A program made the translations under genes and the position numbers. A stretch of 39,875 bases of DNA from Frankiales bacterium. GTDB taxonomy: Bacteria; Actinomycetota; Actinomycetes; Mycobacteriales; SCTD01. The notes beneath the pieces are model-generated. The model did no database searches and was not told the origin of the DNA. It was given only the letters and a program-made list of their open reading frames with translations. Within the stretch, counting starts at the first letter, position 1, and the number at the start of each line of letters is the position of its first letter. Where the stretch lies: positions 1 to 39,875 of the forward strand of contig JAYVYM010000227.1 of assembly GCA_043784245.1 (NCBI GenBank), written 5' to 3'. This document shows, piece after piece, positions 18,008 to 26,959 of this stretch.

Positions 18008-20830
18008 TCAGACGGGAACGCTGGCCGGCTCGGGAGCGGGACCGACGACCGGAGTGGAGCTCGGGAGCTCGATGGGGGACTGCTGACGGCGCCGGGTCCA
18101 CCGGAGGAGCTCGTCGGCTCCCCAGACCACGAACGGGAACGGCAGGAGCACGGCGAGCTGTCCGGGTCGTAGCGACGCTGTCCCGAACAGGTCCTGCAAC
18201 CAGGGCAGGTAGATGACGGCGGCGGTGAACACCAGCTCGAAGGCGATGCCCCACAGCAGCAGCGGGTTGGAGCGCAGCCCCACGGTGAACAGCGACGCCC
18301 GATCGGTGCGGGCGGCGAACGCGGTCCCGACCTGGCAGGCGACGATGGCGGCGAAGGTCATGGTGGTGGCCTGCAGGTAGGCGTGATGCAGCGCACTGCC
18401 AGGCCCGGTCGGGTCACCCAGGTGCCAGCCGGCCCGGCGCAAGGTGAGCAGGTACGCGCCCATCACCAGCACCGCGGAGACCGTGCCGAGCAGCAGCCAC
18501 GCGCGCAGCAGCAAGGTGCGGTCGATGACGCCGGTCCCGCGGGGCCGCGGGGGCCGGTCCATCGCGCCGGGTTCGGCGGGCTCCCGCCCGAGCGCCAGCG
18601 CGGGCAGTGTCTCCGTGCCCAGGTCGATCGCGAGAATCTGCAGGACCGTCAGGGGCAGCGGCACGCTCCCGCCGGACAGCGCGAAGACCAGGAACGGCAC
18701 GACCTCGGGGACCGCGTGCGCGAAGATGTACAGCACGAACTTGCGGACGTTGTCGAAGACCTGCCGGCCGGCGCCGACCGCCGTGACGATCGTCGCGAAG
18801 TCGTCGTCGGTGAGCACCATGACCGCCGCTTCCCGGGCGACGTCGGTGCCGGAGCGGCCCATCGCGACGCCGATGTCGGCATGCCGCAGCGCGGGGGCGT
18901 CGTTCACGCCGTCGCCGGTCATGGCGACGACCTGCCCAGCAGCCTGCAGGGCCTCGCAGATCCGGAGCTTGCCTTCCGGGGAGATGCGGGCGAACACGAT
19001 CTCGTCGGTGGGCGTCAGGACCTCGTCGAGGTCGGCGTCCGACATGGCGTCCAGGTCGATGCCGGTGACGATGCGGCTGCCGGCGGCGCCGATCCCGACC
19101 TGCCGCGCGACGTTGGCCGCGGTCGGCCCGTAGTCGCCGGTGACGACGTGGATGCGGATGCCCGCCCGGTGGGCCTCTCGGACGGCCGCGGGCACCGCCG
19201 GGCGGGGCGGGTCGACCATCGCGACGAGCCCCAGCAGGACGAGCCCGCTCTCGGTCGCAGCGCGGTCCGGAAGCCCCGTCAGCGCTGGCGAGAGGGTCCG
19301 GCGGGCGACGGCGAGGACCCGCAGGCCGCTGGCGGCGTACGCGTCCAGCGCGCGGGTCAGCACCCTGCGAGCAGACTCGTCCAGGGGCTGCACGGCATTG
19401 TCGGCATCGAGCAGGTGGGTGCAGCAGGGCAGCACGGTCTCCGGGGCGCCCTTGGTGTGGACCGCGAGCCGGGCCGGCTGCCCGCCCCCGCCGGCCTCCT
19501 CGTCGAGGGTGGACATGCGCTGCAGATGCGGGTCGAAGTGGAAGACCGCTCGACGTGCGGCCGCGCGCGCGTCGCTGTCGACCTCGACGCCCAGCAAGGT
19601 GGCGAGGGCGAGCAGGGCGAGTTCGGTCGGGTCGCCGCTGCCTGGTTGAGCGTCGGACGGGAGCTGGGCGGTGGTGCATGCCGCGGCGGTCGTCGCCAGT
19701 AGCCGGGCGCGGCTGTCACCGATGGCAGCGGCGACGTCCAGCTCGACGCCCGGCAGGGGTGCCGCCGCGAGACGGGTGCCCGGCAGCCACAGCTGCAATG
19801 CGCGCATACGATTCTGCGTCAGGGTGCCGGTCTTGTCGGTGCAGATGATCGTGACGGAGCCGAGGGTCTCGACGGCGGACAGCCGTTTGACGACGGCGCC
19901 CCGCCCCGCGAGATCCCGCACCCCCGCGGCGAGCGCCAAGGTGATCGTGGGGAGCAGACCCTCGGGGACGTTCGCGACGATCAGCCCGATGGAGAAGGTG
20001 ATCGCGGCGGCCCAGCTCAAGCCGGCGGCCAGCCCGGCGGGGACGAACGCGACGCCGACGACGACAGAGATCGCGGCGATGATCCAGGTAACTCGGCGGA
20101 CCTGACGTTCCAGCGGGCTCGGCGCGGGCGCGCCGCGTTGCGAGAGGGCAGCGATCCGGCCGAGCTCGGTGTGCATGCCGGTGTGCGTGACGACGGTGGT
20201 GGCCTCGCCGCCGGTGCACGTCGTACCGCTGAAGACCAGGTCGTGGGCGTCCAGCGGGGAGCCGGTGAGCGGTCCGGTCTCAGCGGAGCGGCTGGTCGGC
20301 ACCGACTCGCCGGTCAGCGCGGACAGGTCCAGCTGCACTGCGCCGTCGATGATCCGGGCGTCGGCGCAGACCCGGTCGCCCTCAGCGAGCACCAGCACGT
20401 CGCCGGGGACCAGGTCGGTGGCCGCGACCTGCTGGCGGCTGTGGTCGCGGATGACCCAGGCGGTGGGTGGCAGGAAAGCCGACAGCGCGTCGACCGCGCG
20501 CTCGGCCTGGCGTTCTTGCACGAACGCGAACGCGGCATTGAGCAGGATGACCGCCAGGACCGCGGCGGACAGCGCCGGGGTGCCGCCCGCCCAGGCCAGG
20601 ACGGCGGCGACGGCCAGCAGGACCGCGAGCGGCTGGGTGAACTGGCTCAGCAGCTCCGCCGGCCACCGCCGGCCCTGCGCACGGTTCAGCGTGTTGGGCC
20701 CGTACACGCAGAGCCGGCGCGCTGCTTCTCGTCGACCGAGCCCATCCGGGGAGGTCCGCAGGTCACGGAAGAGCTCCGCGAGCGGTCGCCGTGGATCGGA
20801 GTGCTCCCCGTCGTCAGCGGGGGGCCCCAC
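18008..20830 (-). CDS. P2-type cation-transporting P-type ATPase (CtpF/SERCA-like)
   Basis: [57 protein letters not shown]. The longest ORF starts at 21118, but G/C content at third codon positions is low upstream of 20830. GTG 20830 has GGAG 7 nt upstream and leaves a normal-length N-terminus before [24 protein letters not shown]. Confidence 0.85.
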   Translation of the reverse strand: MGPPADDGEHSDPRRPLAELFRDLRTSPDGLGRREAARRLCVYGPNTLNRAQGRRWPAELLSQFTQPLAVLLAVAAVLAWAGGTPALSAAVLAVILLNAAFAFVQERQAERAVDALSAFLPPTAWVIRDHSRQQVAATDLVPGDVLVLAEGDRVCADARIIDGAVQLDLSALTGESVPTSRSAETGPLTGSPLDAHDLVFSGTTCTGGEATTVVTHTGMHTELGRIAALSQRGAPAPSPLERQVRRVTWIIAAISVVVGVAFVPAGLAAGLSWAAAITFSIGLIVANVPEGLLPTITLALAAGVRDLAGRGAVVKRLSAVETLGSVTIICTDKTGTLTQNRMRALQLWLPGTRLAAAPLPGVELDVAAAIGDSRARLLATTAAACTTAQLPSDAQPGSGDPTELALLALATLLGVEVDSDARAAARRAVFHFDPHLQRMSTLDEEAGGGGQPARLAVHTKGAPETVLPCCTHLLDADNAVQPLDESARRVLTRALDAYAASGLRVLAVARRTLSPALTGLPDRAATESGLVLLGLVAMVDPPRPAVPAAVREAHRAGIRIHVVTGDYGPTAANVARQVGIGAAGSRIVTGIDLDAMSDADLDEVLTPTDEIVFARISPEGKLRICEALQAAGQVVAMTGDGVNDAPALRHADIGVAMGRSGTDVAREAAVMVLTDDDFATIVTAVGAGRQVFDNVRKFVLYIFAHAVPEVVPFLVFALSGGSVPLPLTVLQILAIDLGTETLPALALGREPAEPGAMDRPPRPRGTGVIDRTLLLRAWLLLGTVSAVLVMGAYLLTLRRAGWHLGDPTGPGSALHHAYLQATTMTFAAIVACQVGTAFAARTDRASLFTVGLRSNPLLLWGIAFELVFTAAVIYLPWLQDLFGTASLRPGQLAVLLPFPFVVWGADELLRWTRRRQQSPIELPSSTPVVGPAPEPASVPV

Positions 20831-21130
20831 AGCGTTGCTCCGGGCGGCGGCTGGACCGGGCAGCACCCGGGCGGGCGGCTGCACCAGCGCCGAGGGACGC
20901 GCCGAGGTCACCGCCGCGCCCGCCGCACCGGCACGGTGCCGATCACCGACCCGATGACCAGCGCGGTGGCGGTCGGCAACCCGAACGAACCCGTTGTTCG
21001 TATGTCCTGCGAGCCGGGGGCCGCCGGGGCGGCGTCCTGAATCCTGGTAGGGGTGCTGGGCTGGCTCACGGGAAGTCCCTCTCCAGGTGCGTGCAGGGAC
21101 TGACGGGGATGCAGCCACCCTTGACGGGCG

Positions 21131-21635
21131 TCACGTCCGGAATTCGACGCGGGCCGGGATCGTGCCGGCCAGCACGTCAGCGATGGAGTTGTTCACCTCC
21201 TCGAGCTTGTGCTCGACGGTCATCACACGGGTGCGTCCTGCCGCGTGCAGGGCGAAGACATCGGCGAGGTCGTTTCGCGTGCCGACGATGGAGCCAATGA
21301 CGGTCTTGCCGTTGGGCACCACGTCGAAGATCGGCAAGGTCATGCTTGCGCCGTCGGCGGGGAGCCCGACGCACACCAGCCGACCCCCCGACGCAGCGAT
21401 CGACAAGCTTGATCGAAGGAGCCGGCCGAAGCCGCCAGGGCCACCGCGACATCGGCGCCGCCCATCGACTGGATGAACGCGACGGGGTCCTGCGTGCGGG
21501 CGTTGACAACGTGGTCCGCGGCCGAGGTCGGTGGCCAACTCCAGCTTCGCTGGGACCCGGGTCGGGTGCTGGCAGGTCGCGCAGCGCTAGCAGGGCTAGC
21601 AGGGCTCGAAAGTCGGTGACGACGGCGGCTTTCAA
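21131..21635 (-). pseudogene. Decayed zinc-dependent alcohol dehydrogenase (internal deletion plus frameshifts)
   Basis: RBS GAAGGAG plus TTG, then KAAVVTDF...RDLPAPDPGP (ADH N-terminus), jumps directly to KLELATDLG / ADHVVNARTQDPVAFIQSMGGADVAVALAASAGSFDQA / RRGGRLVCVGLP...GSIVGTRNDLADVFALHAAGR...EVNNSIADVLAGTIPARVEF. These pieces are spread over three reading frames. About 155 aa, including the zinc sites, are missing. Confidence 0.75.
21586..21606. repeat. Tandem 9-mer GCTAGCAGG x2.3 inside the ADH remnant
   Basis: Direct reading gives gctagcagg gctagcagg gct. It lies where the ADH N-terminal similarity becomes aberrant (ALLALLAL). Confidence 0.6.
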
Positions 21636-21791
21636 GGTGTGCTCCTTCACCAGGACGTTCTTCGTGCCAGTGCCCTCCTGGCAGGGACCAGGATGGCTGG
21701 GGCGCGTGTGCTCACCTAGAGGCGAAGGTCCCTGATCGACGGGCGCAGCCTGCGTGGAGTCCTACAGATGGCGGAAGGTCGAGCAGCGCGA

Positions 21792-22619
21792 TCACGCGTC
21801 CCTACGCTGGAAGAGGATCTGTGCGGCGACGAGCAGGACCGTGGTGGTCGCCAAGAGGGTCAGGCCACCGGCGAGCGCGCTGAGATCGTTGCGGAACGCC
21901 GGCAGCACGCTGGGATCGATGCGGGTGCTGTACGCGACCAGTTGGGCGCCCGCGGTGAACGGCAAGAACCGACCGATGCCTGCGACGCCAGCCAGCGCCC
22001 TGATCGACAGGATGACCCGTAGCAGCGGTTCGATGGCGATCGGGAGCACGAACAGCAGGCTGACGGCGGCCGGGATACTGCGCAGCAGCCATCCGAACGC
22101 CAGGCCGGCGAGGGCGTACAGCGTGACGAGCAGGACGGTCCCGACGGCGACCCGTACGGTCCGGCCGTCCGTGAATCCGACGCCCGGCGCGAACCGCTGG
22201 CCGCGCAGCACGATGGCGACCAGCGCTGAAGCCGCGACGCAGCCGACCCCGACAGCGCCTGACCAGGCCATCACGACGAGCAGCTTCGCGCTCGCGACGC
22301 GCGTACGGCGGGGGACACTGGTCAACGTCGGCAGGATGGTGCCGTGCCGATACTCGTGCCCGAAGGCGAACACCCCCAACAGGCCCATCAGCAGCGTCGC
22401 CAAGCGAGTCGCGGCCGACAGCACGGTCGCGAAGGACTCCTGGTCGCCAAGCAGACCGTTCGCTCTCGGAGTGCCGGCCCGCGCTGCGCTGAGGCTGCCG
22501 GCGGTGAGCGTGAAGGTGACCGCCAGCAGCGCGGTCAGCACGACGGAGGATCCCGAGAGCCACCAGGTCGACCGCAAGGTGCGAACCCGCAACCACTCCT
22601 GCGCGAGCGCCCCCCTCAT
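21792..22619 (-). CDS. ABC-2 type transporter permease
   Basis: 275-aa polytopic hydrophobic protein (about 6 TM by eye). Its start overlaps the stop of the upstream ABC ATPase by 4 nt. Confidence 0.8.
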   Translation of the reverse strand: MRGALAQEWLRVRTLRSTWWLSGSSVVLTALLAVTFTLTAGSLSAARAGTPRANGLLGDQESFATVLSAATRLATLLMGLLGVFAFGHEYRHGTILPTLTSVPRRTRVASAKLLVVMAWSGAVGVGCVAASALVAIVLRGQRFAPGVGFTDGRTVRVAVGTVLLVTLYALAGLAFGWLLRSIPAAVSLLFVLPIAIEPLLRVILSIRALAGVAGIGRFLPFTAGAQLVAYSTRIDPSVLPAFRNDLSALAGGLTLLATTTVLLVAAQILFQRRDA

Positions 22620-23659
22620 GACGGGCCAGCCGCGGCCAGCGGGTGCTCCTGGACGTCCGCGGTCGCCTCGAGGAAGGCCTCCTCGAGGGCGGCGACCCTG
22701 GTGGCGAGCTCGTGCAGCCGGATCCCGTTATCGCCGGCCAGGTCCCCGATCCGGGCCTGCTCCATGCCGGACACAGCCAGCGCACCTGCCGTCCCGATGG
22801 CCACTGTCGCGCCGTGTGCCATGAGCAGCGTGGCCAGCCGGTCGGCCTCCGGGCTGCGCACACTCACCGACTTCAGCGACCAGTGCGACTCGAACTCCTC
22901 GGTGCTCATATCGGCGATCAGGCGGCCCCGTCCGATGACGACCAGGTGATCGGCCAGCTTCCCCATCTCGGCGAGCTGGTGGCTGGAGACCAGCACCGTG
23001 CGGCCGCTGGTCGCGTACGACTGCAGGAACCCGCGCAGCCAGCTGATGCCCTGCGGGTCCAAGCCGTTGGCGGGCTCATCCAGGATCAGCACCCGCGGGT
23101 CGCCGAGCAGCGCAACCGCCAGGCCCAGGCGCTGGCTCATCCCGAGCGAGAAGCTCTTCGGGCCCTTCCTGGCCACCGAGGTGAGCCCGACGATCTCCAA
23201 GACCTCGTCGACCCGACGGTCCGGGATGCGGCCGGGCGCCGCAAGCATCCGCAGGTGGTTGCGGGCGGTCCGGGTCGGGTGGCACGCCTTGGCCTCCAGC
23301 ATCGCGCCGACCTCCCGGGACGGGTCGGTCAGGTCGCGGTAGGGCCTGCCGTCGAAAGTGGTGTGACCGCCTCCGTTGTCCAGCCCGAGCATCAGCCGCA
23401 GCGCAGTGGACTTGCCGGCTCCGTTCGGCCCCAGAAAGCCGGTGACCTGGCCGGCATGCACCTGAAAACTCAGGTTGTCGACGGCGGTCTTGCCGCCGAA
23501 CCGCTTGCTCAACCCGACGGCATCGATGACGCAACGCCCAGGTTCGGCACGCGCGGTGGCCACGGAAATACCGGCGGCGGTCACCGCTGGGCGGTCTGCG
23601 TCGATGGCCGGGACTGACCGGTCGGCTCTGACATCAGCTGCACCCGCGGCTGCAGCCAT
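22616..23659 (-). CDS. ABC transporter ATP-binding protein
   Basis: Walker A GPNGAGKST, signature FSLGMSQRLG, Walker B VLILDEPANGLD, H-loop SSHQL, plus a C-terminal extension domain. The start is uncertain: ATG 23659 lacks an SD, and GTG 23563 is an alternative. The track ORF to 24157 overlaps the neighbouring permease. Confidence 0.85.
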   Translation of the reverse strand: MAAAAGAADVRADRSVPAIDADRPAVTAAGISVATARAEPGRCVIDAVGLSKRFGGKTAVDNLSFQVHAGQVTGFLGPNGAGKSTALRLMLGLDNGGGHTTFDGRPYRDLTDPSREVGAMLEAKACHPTRTARNHLRMLAAPGRIPDRRVDEVLEIVGLTSVARKGPKSFSLGMSQRLGLAVALLGDPRVLILDEPANGLDPQGISWLRGFLQSYATSGRTVLVSSHQLAEMGKLADHLVVIGRGRLIADMSTEEFESHWSLKSVSVRSPEADRLATLLMAHGATVAIGTAGALAVSGMEQARIGDLAGDNGIRLHELATRVAALEEAFLEATADVQEHPLAAAGPS

Positions 23660-23943
23660 GTGGACGAACACAGAACTGGCACAGGCGCCTCCGACAGGGA
23701 GATCACAGACGTGCCCGGTGGTGAGCGACGCGCTCACGAGCACGCGGCGTAGACAGCGTCCTCGGTCCGGGCCGGCTGTTGTCCAGCCACGGCGACCGTA
23801 CGCCCGCCGCGACTCCGGCGTCGTGGCGCGCCCCCACGGGGCACCTGCGCCGTGCTGCGCGACTCGTTGCCCGGCCTTGGCGCGTCGCCGAGAGCCCGCA
23901 TCGGGTTTCCCGTGGACGGTCCGGCGGACCCCGGGTGACGCCG

Positions 23944-24681
23944 TTACGGGCTGCGGCGTCGGAGAGTGGCCGCGCCGAGAGCGAGGGCCAAGCAGATACT
24001 GCCCACGACGACGACCACATCGACTACCAGCGCGCGGCCCGGTTCGTTCGACGTGGCGACGCGCTGCATCCCCTCTACGGCGTAGGTCATCGGTAGAACG
24101 TCGGACAGCAGCTGCAGCGGCCGGGCCATCGTCTCTCGGGGGCCGAAGAGCCCGCACAGCAGCAGCTGGGGGAGCACCACCGCGGGCAGGAACTGCACGG
24201 CCTGGAACTCCGTACGCGCGAAGGCCGAGAGCAGCAGGCCCAGCGCGGTCCCGAGCAGGGCGCCCAGGACGGCCAGCAGGAGGACCAGAGGTACCGGCCC
24301 CCGGACGTCGAGGCCGAGGGGGCCGAGCGCGACCGCAGCCGCCAGCGCGGTCTGAGCGACCGCAACGAGGCCGAACGCCACGGCGTAGCCGGCGAGCAGG
24401 TCAGCCTTGGCGACCGGCATGGACAGCAGCCGCTCCAATGTTCCCGAAGTCCGCTCACGCAACATCGACACCGACGTCACGAGGAACATGACGGTGAAAG
24501 GAAAGAGCGTGAGCAGGGGCGGGCCGAGCTGGTCGAACAAGGCCGGCCGGCCGTCGAACACGTAGCGCAGCAGCGTCAGCAGGAGGAGCGGGACGGCGAG
24601 CAGCATGGCGGCCGTACGCCGGTCGTGACGCAACTGGGCCAGCACCCGCCAGGCGGTCGCCCACGTCCGGCGGGCCGTCAC
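23944..24681 (-). CDS. ABC-2 type transporter permease
   Basis: 245-aa polytopic membrane protein (RERTSGTLERLL motif typical of ABC-2 permeases), with a 4-nt overlap onto the upstream ATPase gene. Confidence 0.8.
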   Translation of the reverse strand: MTARRTWATAWRVLAQLRHDRRTAAMLLAVPLLLLTLLRYVFDGRPALFDQLGPPLLTLFPFTVMFLVTSVSMLRERTSGTLERLLSMPVAKADLLAGYAVAFGLVAVAQTALAAAVALGPLGLDVRGPVPLVLLLAVLGALLGTALGLLLSAFARTEFQAVQFLPAVVLPQLLLCGLFGPRETMARPLQLLSDVLPMTYAVEGMQRVATSNEPGRALVVDVVVVVGSICLALALGAATLRRRSP

Positions 24682-25472
24682 ATCTGCGCCGGGCCCGACG
24701 CCTCGGCCAGCCGCAGAAACGCCTGCTCGAGGTCTGCGCTGCCGGTGCGACTGAGCAGCGCGGGCACGGTGTCGTCAGCCACCAGGCGTCCGGCGCGTAG
24801 CAGGAGCAGCCGGTCGCAGCGCGCCGCCTCGTCCATGACGTGGCTGCTGACCAGCAGGGTCCGGCCGGCGCTGGCCAGCCGCGCGAACATCGCCCACAGG
24901 TCGCGGCGCAGCACCGGGTCCAGCCCGACGGTCGGCTCGTCCAGGACGAGCAGCTCGGGCTCTCCCAGCAGGGCGGTCGCCAGAGACACCCTGGCCCGCT
25001 GACCGCCGGACAGGGTGGCGACGAGCTGCTCGGCCACATCGTCCAGGGCGACCTCGGCGAGGACGGCGACGACGCGGTGTCGGCCGGCGCCAACCATGTC
25101 GGCGAAGTAGCAGAGGTTCTCGCGCACTGACAGGTCGGCGTACACGGCCGGGCTCTGGGTGACGTACCCGACCCGCCGGCGCAGCGCCGGCGTCCCTGCG
25201 GGAGCGCCGAGCACCTCGAGTCGACCGCGCACCCCGGCCTGCACCCCGACAACTGCACGCAGCAGCGTGCTCTTGCCACCACCGCTCGGCCCGACCAGGC
25301 CGGTCACGGCGCCGGCCCGGACCTCGCACGACAAGCCGGCCAGCACATCGCGCCGGCCGCGCCGGACAGACAGGTCCCCGACCACCACGGCGGCCGCCGC
25401 GGCTGGTCGCACGGCCGCCGGCGGTTCGCGTCGCGTAGCCCCCGTACCCGGCAACCGGGCACCGGGACTCAT
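24678..25472 (-). CDS. ABC transporter ATP-binding protein (DrrA-like)
   Basis: Walker A GPSGGGKST, signature LSGGQRARV, Walker B LLVLDEPTVGLD, H-loop SSHVM. I chose ATG 25472. The longest ORF begins at GTG 25610. Confidence 0.85.
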   Translation of the reverse strand: MSPGARLPGTGATRREPPAAVRPAAAAAVVVGDLSVRRGRRDVLAGLSCEVRAGAVTGLVGPSGGGKSTLLRAVVGVQAGVRGRLEVLGAPAGTPALRRRVGYVTQSPAVYADLSVRENLCYFADMVGAGRHRVVAVLAEVALDDVAEQLVATLSGGQRARVSLATALLGEPELLVLDEPTVGLDPVLRRDLWAMFARLASAGRTLLVSSHVMDEAARCDRLLLLRAGRLVADDTVPALLSRTGSADLEQAFLRLAEASGPAQM

Positions 25473-25945
25473 GCCGTCGCCGTCAGCGGTCCGGCTCCTC
25501 CGGCGGCCGGTCTCGGGGGACCCACGGGGACCGGTGTGGGCTGAAGTGCTCCAGGACGGCGGCGATACGTTCCACCTCGTCCTGTGATCGGACTGGCGCC
25601 GAGCGGACACCGGGCCTGTCCTGTCGGGTGACGGTCACGGGTGTCTGACGCGGTGCGGGGCACCGCAGACATGGGCGGCGGGCATATGGGGCTCCGGTGA
25701 AGCACGAGGATCCCTGGCTCCCCGGCTGCGAGCGTTGCGCTCAGGAACGACGGCGCACGGTGCGCGGCGGTCCCGACCCGGGTCGGCTGTGATGTTCAGC
25801 CACGTGACCGTACGCCCGGTTGCACGCGGTGCACAGCCCCGGAGCGGGTCGGGCACACCTCGGAAGCAGGCCGCTCCGGCCGACGGACCGCACAATGGTT
25901 ATGCGGGCGCCGGTGCGGTGTGGCTCCCCGGACCTGGAGGTTGCC

Positions 25946-26716
25946 GTGGATGAGGACCTGACGGTGAGCCTGACCGGCCTGTCCGGGCTGCTGACCGACC
26001 ACCGACCGCTGGGCGACACGCTGATCGAGGTCGCGCAGTTCGCCGTAGACGCCATCCCGGGGGCCGACGGCGCGGGACTGACGATGCTCGAGGACGACCG
26101 GGCACAGACCGTGGTGTCCACCTCCGAGTTCGTGCACGCCGTCGACGATGTCCAGTACGGGCTGGGAGAGGGACCGTGCCTGAAGGCGGTTGCCTCGGGT
26201 GTCACGCAGACCTCCGGCTCGCTCGGCGGGGACCCACGTTGGCCGCACTTCGGTCCGCGGATCGGCCGGATGGGCGTGCACAGCGTCCTCTCGCTCCCGC
26301 TGCTGCTGCCCGGACCGGCAGCGGACGACCGGGTCATCGGCGCGATGAACGTGTATGCCCGTGCCAAGAACGCTTTCGGTCCCGACGCGATACGGATCGG
26401 CGAGCTGTTTGCCCGTCCCGCCGCGGTGTCGGTGCACAACGCCCAGGTCCTGGCGCAGTCCCAGCGTCTCGCCGCTCAGCTTGCGGAGGCGCTGCACAGC
26501 CGGGCAGTCATCGACCAGGCGCTCGGCGTACTGATGAGTCGCAGCGGCGCCACGCCACAGGAGGCGTTCGACCGGCTCCGCACCATGAGCCAGACCCAAC
26601 ACGTCAAGGTGGCCGAGGTCGCGCGGGTGCTGGTGGACGAGGCCGTCCGCCGGGCCCGCAGCCGACAGCCGGCCCCCGGGCAGGCGGGTCCGGGCGCAGC
26701 GCACCCGGCGTCGTGA
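25946..26716 (+). CDS. GAF domain plus ANTAR domain RNA-binding regulator
   Basis: The N-terminal GAF-like region (GLGEGPCL, VLSLPL...IGAMNVY) is followed by ANTAR (AVIDQALGVLMSRSGATPQEAFDRLRTMSQTQHVKVAEVARVLV). GTG 25946 has a GGAGG RBS 5 nt upstream. ATG 25895 is an alternative. Confidence 0.8.
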   Translation: MDEDLTVSLTGLSGLLTDHRPLGDTLIEVAQFAVDAIPGADGAGLTMLEDDRAQTVVSTSEFVHAVDDVQYGLGEGPCLKAVASGVTQTSGSLGGDPRWPHFGPRIGRMGVHSVLSLPLLLPGPAADDRVIGAMNVYARAKNAFGPDAIRIGELFARPAAVSVHNAQVLAQSQRLAAQLAEALHSRAVIDQALGVLMSRSGATPQEAFDRLRTMSQTQHVKVAEVARVLVDEAVRRARSRQPAPGQAGPGAAHPAS

Positions 26717-26717
26717 C

Positions 26718-26733
26718 CGCGGCCGTTGCCGCG
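26718..26733 (+). terminator. GC hairpin immediately after the first ANTAR gene stop (possible terminator, no U-tail)
   Basis: CGCGGC cgtt GCCGCG: a 6-bp stem with a tetraloop, starting 2 nt after TGA 26714..26716. Confidence 0.3.
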
Positions 26734-26869
26734 TAGGCGACCGTGAAGGCGGCCGTGGAGGCGTAGCGTGCAGTTGCGGATCGGAAGGCATCCGCCGCTC
26801 GTACGGCGCGCCAGGCTGGAGTGCGACAACCCGCCCCAGCGCCCCGGGCAGCCTTCGACCCGGGCCCCG

Positions 26870-26922
26870 GTCCCTGCCGGTGCCTCCCGGCCTGCCGCGA
26901 TGTCTGCGCGGCCGGCAGGGAC
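26870..26922 (+). promoter_or_regulatory. Extended hairpin in the leader of the second ANTAR gene
   Basis: GTCCCTGCCGG (26870..26880) pairs perfectly with CCGGCAGGGAC (26912..26922). An inner GCCGCG/CGCGGC stem encloses a loop that contains ATG 26900. Confidence 0.35.
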
Positions 26923-26959
26923 GGGTCCTCGTGATCCGCGCCGGTCAGGAGTCCAGCCT

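Noticed and set aside
14651-18254. Track ORFs with long N-terminal extensions or read-through: arcC as 14651..15970, arcA as 16725..18254. Similar cases are porA to 2935, mgtA from 28974, the 646-aa ORF 32153..34093, and BVMO to 37311.
   Set aside because: The extensions overlap the neighbouring real gene and lack similarity to the protein family. Internal starts with good SD sequences give normal-length proteins.
21074-21734. Possible DosR/DevR-type boxes: GGGAC/GTCCC half sites at 21074..21101 and 21682..21734.
   Set aside because: The half sites are oriented or spaced wrongly (14-nt and 37-nt spacers, versus the contiguous GGGACTnnAGTCCC core of the DosR consensus). GGGAC is expected frequently at this base composition, and no DosR-like gene is in the window.
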